Shown here piece by piece: positions 59,596-64,000 of a stretch of 64,000 nucleotides of DNA. The position numbers were made by a program, and so were the translations under genes. The notes beneath the pieces were generated by a model, which saw only the letters and a list, made by a program, of their open reading frames with translations, was not told where the DNA came from and searched no databases. The stretch is from Promethearchaeota archaeon (lineage in GTDB: Archaea > Asgardarchaeota > Lokiarchaeia > Sigyniarchaeales > SOKP01): positions 185,751-249,750 of the forward strand of contig JAHPZE010000005.1 of the NCBI GenBank assembly GCA_019058365.1, written 5' to 3'. Positions within the stretch are counted from its first letter, which is position 1; each line of letters starts with the position of its first letter.

Positions 59596-59913
59596 TCAAT
59601 AAATTCGAAAATATCTCAATCCTGTATTGATCCCGCAGACTGTTAGTAGAACAATTGAGACTACCACAACACCTATCATTTTATGGCGCTGAAATTGTCC
59701 TAAAAATAGCCATCCAAGAATCCCAATAATCAATCCAAGCAGTCCGATTATTGAACCTATTGCCAATAGAAATTTAATTGCTTCTCCTATCTGATCAAAA
59801 TAATCAAACATCATTATACTACTTAATAGGAGCCTATATTTATAAATAAAAAAACAAAGGGTTGATTTTTTTTCTTTAAATATTTGAGATTTACTTAATG
59901 TGTAAACAATCAA
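59596..59913 (-). CDS. Small two-TM membrane protein (start probably MMFDYF)
   Basis: Two hydrophobic helices separated by QFQRHK. Confidence 0.65.
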   Translation of the reverse strand: MIVYTLSKSQIFKEKKSTLCFFIYKYRLLLSSIMMFDYFDQIGEAIKFLLAIGSIIGLLGLIIGILGWLFLGQFQRHKMIGVVVVSIVLLTVCGINTGLRYFRIY

Positions 59914-59931
59914 ATATCTTGTAGATCTCGT

Positions 59932-60249
59932 ATGAGAAAACTATATGAAATTGGAATTTGCCCTAATTGTGATTGTACTATTTCAATTTTTAAAACTCAA
60001 AATTTTAAACGGTTTGCTAAATGTGAAATCTGTGGACTGTCTTATACTTTACCAAAAAGAGGGTCGATTTCTAACTCAGCTTTAATTTGTTCAAAAAATA
60101 ATTTTCCGTTATTAATCATTGAAAGACAACTTCAACCTGCTTACTTTTGGACAGATGGTCCATGTTTTAGCTGTGTAAAATATGATAAATGTGAAAATGT
60201 GAAAGAATTAATTACTGAATTTAAAGAACTAAAGGTGTATGGGTATTAA
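59932..60249 (+). CDS. Cys-rich Zn-ribbon protein
   Basis: CPNC, CEIC, CSKN and PCFSC...KC. Confidence 0.75.
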   Translation: MRKLYEIGICPNCDCTISIFKTQNFKRFAKCEICGLSYTLPKRGSISNSALICSKNNFPLLIIERQLQPAYFWTDGPCFSCVKYDKCENVKELITEFKELKVYGY

Positions 60250-61306
60250 GAAGGTAATGTCTATAAAAAATTCTAAGATTGTAATAATACTATTTATAAT
60301 TATATCTTTCATCTCGCCAACAATTCTCACTAATTCTATTAGAAACTTTAGTCTTAAAAACAGAGAATCTGTTGAGAAACTACAACCACGTATGAGTGAC
60401 GGTGAAAAGTTAGTGGATAAAGTTTTTAACTTTACAACTGACAGAGATTATGTGACCTTCTCTAATAATATCTATTTCATTAAACCATATATCTATTATA
60501 TCTCATTTCAAATCGTGACACCTCATGAATGTGATATGAATATTTCTTTATGGGACCCTGAAGGTGATATATATGATATTTATGATAGTCGTCCGAATAC
60601 AACTCTGCTAACACAATTCGAATATCAAGAGATCCCCTTCGGAGTTGCTCTAACTGGAAATTATACAATAAAATTCCAAGCTCATCTCACAGAAAATCTT
60701 AATATTCATATCAAAATTATAAATAGTGACTTACAATGTCTTCAAGATGTCATTGAGCCATCAGCTTTTAACAATAAAATTTTTTATCAAGCAAATAAGT
60801 TTAAAAATGGGGGGAATAACCCATTGCATAATGTAACTCTTAAAACGGATACTCTCTATAGATTCTACTTTGGACGATATTCCCCTATAGCAGATCTAGC
60901 TCAGAGTGAGACAAGAATCTACTTTAATATAACATCCTCTATTGATATTCAATATAAAATCTATATAAATAAAACATTACTAGGTGTTTGTCAAATAGAA
61001 TTCTTTGATTTTGGAACTGCCGTCGATGGTGTTTATATTATTAATATGACAATTTATTGTATGGTATCTTGTGTAAATATTGCATATGCAATTGTAGAGG
61101 AAAGTAAAATTGCAGATGGTACTGATCCAAACGATCCCGATCCTCCACCTGATGATCCTGTGAATAATACTAAAAGTGGAATCGAAGTTAGTATTCCCGT
61201 CGAATTCACTGTCGGAACATTAGCATTCATAGGATGTATCGTAAGCATACCAATTATAATTGTAGTGTATCAAAAACGAAAAAATCTATCAGGATTGAGT
61301 AATTAA
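60239..61306 (+). CDS. Secreted/surface protein with a C-terminal membrane anchor
   Basis: N-terminal signal-like segment, two beta-rich domains, a DPNDPDPPPDDP linker, then a TM helix and basic tail. Confidence 0.75.
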   Translation: MGIKKVMSIKNSKIVIILFIIISFISPTILTNSIRNFSLKNRESVEKLQPRMSDGEKLVDKVFNFTTDRDYVTFSNNIYFIKPYIYYISFQIVTPHECDMNISLWDPEGDIYDIYDSRPNTTLLTQFEYQEIPFGVALTGNYTIKFQAHLTENLNIHIKIINSDLQCLQDVIEPSAFNNKIFYQANKFKNGGNNPLHNVTLKTDTLYRFYFGRYSPIADLAQSETRIYFNITSSIDIQYKIYINKTLLGVCQIEFFDFGTAVDGVYIINMTIYCMVSCVNIAYAIVEESKIADGTDPNDPDPPPDDPVNNTKSGIEVSIPVEFTVGTLAFIGCIVSIPIIIVVYQKRKNLSGLSN

Positions 61307-61414
61307 ATATAAATTAAAAAAATAAATTTCCTCCGCTTCTCAAGGAAATTGAAGACATCATAAAGAGGGGAATAGAAAAATAGAAAGAAATTGAGTGGAT
61401 ATGAACATAGATGA

Positions 61415-61795
61415 TTAAACTTTGCCATTCAATTTCAGGGCCGTATTCTGGATGTTGAATAAAGAATTGCTGGGATCTGCTTTAGGCATGATATAACACA
61501 CAAGTATCCCTCCCTTAAATGGAGCTAACACAACATGCCCATTCCCTGCATTGTTTGTTCCTATTATAGCTTCAGGAGTATTATAAATCACCGCAAAATC
61601 CACTCCCATTAAATTGAGGGAGTTTCTACCCTTGAGTGCATTCAGAACAGTCTTTGATTCGTTGGTTAAATCCCAATTAGCACCTTTTTGATAAATAATT
61701 TTCCCTTTACTCGACATAACGGAAACAGCAGCTACTTTATACCACTCGAGTTCCACTAATTCATCAATGATCTTTTCAACGTCAGTAATTACCAT
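61415..61795 (-). CDS. Asgard (Loki-type) profilin
   Basis: IIDELV...GKIIYQ..NWDL...IIGTNNAGNGHVVLAP...YIMPKADP..SLFNIQ matches Lokiarchaeal profilins. Confidence 0.85.
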   Translation of the reverse strand: MVITDVEKIIDELVELEWYKVAAVSVMSSKGKIIYQKGANWDLTNESKTVLNALKGRNSLNLMGVDFAVIYNTPEAIIGTNNAGNGHVVLAPFKGGILVCYIMPKADPSNSLFNIQNTALKLNGKV

Positions 61796-61901
61796 TTGTA
61801 ATTAACTCAAGGTTATCATCGTTTTTAAACCTATTATAAATAAAATGTAGCGAAATTCAATGGATTTAAATTAAGAAAAAATCTTTTAGAAATTCTTCTT
61901 A

Positions 61902-62405
61902 CTACCTAACATTCCACTGCATTGCACACTCTCCAACTCCACCTTTCTGGACACCTTCAAATCGAAGGTTTCTAAAACCAAACTTCCTTTTTACCTTAGA
62001 TAAAATTCCCATCATGACCTGGGGAAACATACAAGCTGGACTCCCAAAATCATGGTACCTATAATATGTATTAGCAAAACACATTTTACAACTGTCTTGG
62101 TAAGCAAAAATCTTTAATACATTTCCTTTTTCATCTATTTTAACATCTACTTTCGCATTATCTGTGATTGCCCATTCCTGCTCCAAAAATTCCCGTAATC
62201 TTCGTAAAAAATCATCAATAGTCTCGATACCATCCTCATTGAATTCTTTTCCAATAGTCCGCCCTATTTTCGTTAAAATCTCATCCTTTTTGTCAGCAGG
62301 AAGAGCTTTCTGTAAGGCATACCACAGTTTAAAAAAGGTGCCATAAGAAACCGTATCAAATTTAGTTGGTAAGGCATTAACCTCATCTTTCGTTAAAGTT
62401 CCCAT
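61902..62405 (-). CDS. V4R/Bet3-like fold protein
   Basis: ILTKIGRTIG helix, plus CKMC, ACMFP...GIL and terminal GEC as candidate ligands. Confidence 0.6.
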   Translation of the reverse strand: MGTLTKDEVNALPTKFDTVSYGTFFKLWYALQKALPADKKDEILTKIGRTIGKEFNEDGIETIDDFLRRLREFLEQEWAITDNAKVDVKIDEKGNVLKIFAYQDSCKMCFANTYYRYHDFGSPACMFPQVMMGILSKVKRKFGFRNLRFEGVQKGGVGECAMQWNVR

Positions 62406-62598
62406 TCTTATATATCACATTAAATTTTTAATTTATTTATTTAGATGATAAGAAGATCAAATCTTAAGGGTTCTGATTATTTAATATTAAAATTTATGGC
62501 TAAATGATTAAAAATATTGTGTATCTCTAACTGATTTTTTATGGTTTGAAAATCAAACAATTTTTAAAAAATTTTAATAAAATTAAAAAAAATTAGAT

Positions 62599-63868
62599 TT
62601 AAGAATTCATTAATGCTTTTGCATTATTTTGCCAATCGTTAATTGTCTTTGCTGAAGCTCCTGAGATACTTGCTGAAAGTTCCTCTGGATCTGCTGATAA
62701 TAAATCTGAAATTGTTTTTATCCCCTGAGAGTTTAAATTCTCTACTGCTCCCTTTCCGATACCTTTCACTTGAATTAAAGGAACTTCTTCACTTGATTGT
62801 TGATTCGAAGCGTCATTAGATTCTTGTTTTTCATCATCTTCATATAAAGTTTCAACTTCAAAGTCTAATCCTGGCGATTCAGGAGGTTCTACTTTATCTG
62901 TGTCAGCAACTCCTGCTCCTGTAATATAGAACTCTGCTTCTTCTGGTGGCAAATCTGGGGCATCTACTATTACAGCTCTACGTTTCAATGAATTATTAGA
63001 AGAAAATCCTTTTGTTTTAAACATGACACGAAAGTGGCATCCGTGTGCTACTATTTAGAAGTGATTTATGAAATATAAAATCACAATTCCCTCCTATCGC
63101 GTCATCAGCTGAAAACATTCCCATCATTTTGGTGGCGACTTGATTTGTCAATAAAACAGCGCAATTATAAGTTTCTGCAATACGGGATAATCCATGAATC
63201 ATATTATTTAGAGCTGCTTGTCGAGGCGCCAGTTTTCCGATTCCAATATATTCTGCCCTCAATAATGCCATTAAGCTGTCAATTACTATGAGTCGCACAT
63301 TTCGAGTCTTACAGAGTGTTTCTGCTTTTTGAATCATTTGAGATTGATGATCTGAAGAATAGATTCTGGCATGAAATATTTTTGAAAGCACATCCTTAGG
63401 ATTCAATTCAAATCTTTTGGCAATTCGTTTAATCTTCTCTTTTGAAAAGGTATTTTCAGTATCAATGTAGGCGACAGAACCACTAATTCCCTCCCTCCTC
63501 TCTGGTAATTGCACTGTAACTGATAACGTGTGAGCCAATGCTGTTTTTCCAGACTTAAATGGTCCATACACTTCTGTTAGTTTTCCAGTTTGAAATCCTC
63601 CTCCTAAGATGCAATTTAGTTCCGCAGAACCGGTTGTAAAATATTCGACATTTTCATCAATCTTAGCCGCAGGAGTAAAATCAGTCATACCTAGTGCGTT
63701 TCTTGCATTCCAGATGAGTTTTTTAGCAGTCTTATCACCTAATCCATCAATTGTAGCAACAGTTGAATGAGGACTCATTGCTAAAGCTTCTGCTGTGCTT
63801 ATACCATTCTCTTGTAGTAGTTTTATCTGGCGTGAGTTAATTCCTTTTACTTGATCTAAATCTGCCAT
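62599..63868 (-). CDS. radA: RadA-family recombinase, join(63086..63868, 62599..63054), 412 aa, with C-terminal acidic linker and extra HhH domain
   Basis: N-terminal HhH domain, GPFKSGKT, YIDTENTF, IDSLMALLRAEY and TNQV. Removing 63055-63085 gives IGGN|IVAHGCHFRVMFK...DAPDLP...EFYIT..GV.D. Confidence 0.9.
63055..63085 (-). other. Putative 31-nt bulge-helix-bulge mRNA intron in radA
   Basis: GGGA-AU^U-GUGAUUU...AAAUCAC-UUCU-AA^A. The canonical cut positions coincide with the boundaries needed to restore the protein. Confidence 0.8.
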
Positions 63869-64000
63869 TCTTTTTTATATCAACTCTTTTTAGGTAATTT
63901 TGTTGAATTTGATATACAACTAAGATTATTTAAAGAAAAAAAAGCGATTAGCTACAAAATTCAGTGATTTGAAGACCACTTGGTATTAAATTGTATCCAA

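Noticed and set aside
693-62346. Numerous short antisense or overlapping ORFs in the track (e.g. 2609..3139, 7069..7392, 54531..54920)
   Set aside because: They are shadows of well-supported genes on the opposite strand or in another frame, with no motifs of their own.
63017-63085. Intein in RadA (the ORF reads GGN-CDF..., a Cys right after a conserved motif)
   Set aside because: The insert is only 31 nt, not a multiple of 3, and has no intein blocks or terminal His-Asn. The Cys is the out-of-frame reading of the insert.
62599-63868. radA as two separate genes or a simple frameshift error
   Set aside because: A 1-2 nt indel would leave about 10 extra residues inside the conserved GGN-IVAH motif. 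Only removal of the 31-nt block restores it.

Overview
This very AT-rich window looks like an Asgard archaeon, most like Lokiarchaeia. The evidence is an ESCRT-II/III-Vps4 locus with a Rab-like GTPase, several longin/roadblock proteins, an MglA-like GTPase, a Loki-type profilin, a V4R protein, and archaeal FEN1/RPA/RadA. Four things stand out. (1) radA is split by a 31-nt insertion (63055-63085) that folds into a bulge-helix-bulge (BHB) motif. The predicted cut sites restore the reading frame and the conserved GGNIVAH motif exactly, so this is a candidate mRNA intron. (2) A ~14 kb tyrosine-integrase element (5289-19238) sits in the divergent intergenic region between vps22/36 and a Nip7-like gene. 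It is bounded by 11-7-11 recombination-site-like ends. Several of its small genes are decayed, while most of the large defence-like cargo is intact. (3) That cargo includes a 935-aa beta-propeller + Roc-like GTPase + Schlafen/AlbA_2 fusion and a stand-alone proteasome-beta-like Ntn hydrolase. (4) A roadblock/MglB - MglA GTPase - Regnase-like NYN RNase operon lies at 50.3-53.2 kb. Also seen: a candidate structured ncRNA, a 7TM-longin fusion, and several genes that seem to start at non-AUG codons. No tRNA, rRNA or CRISPR array was recognised. All family calls come from motif recognition by eye, not from database searches.
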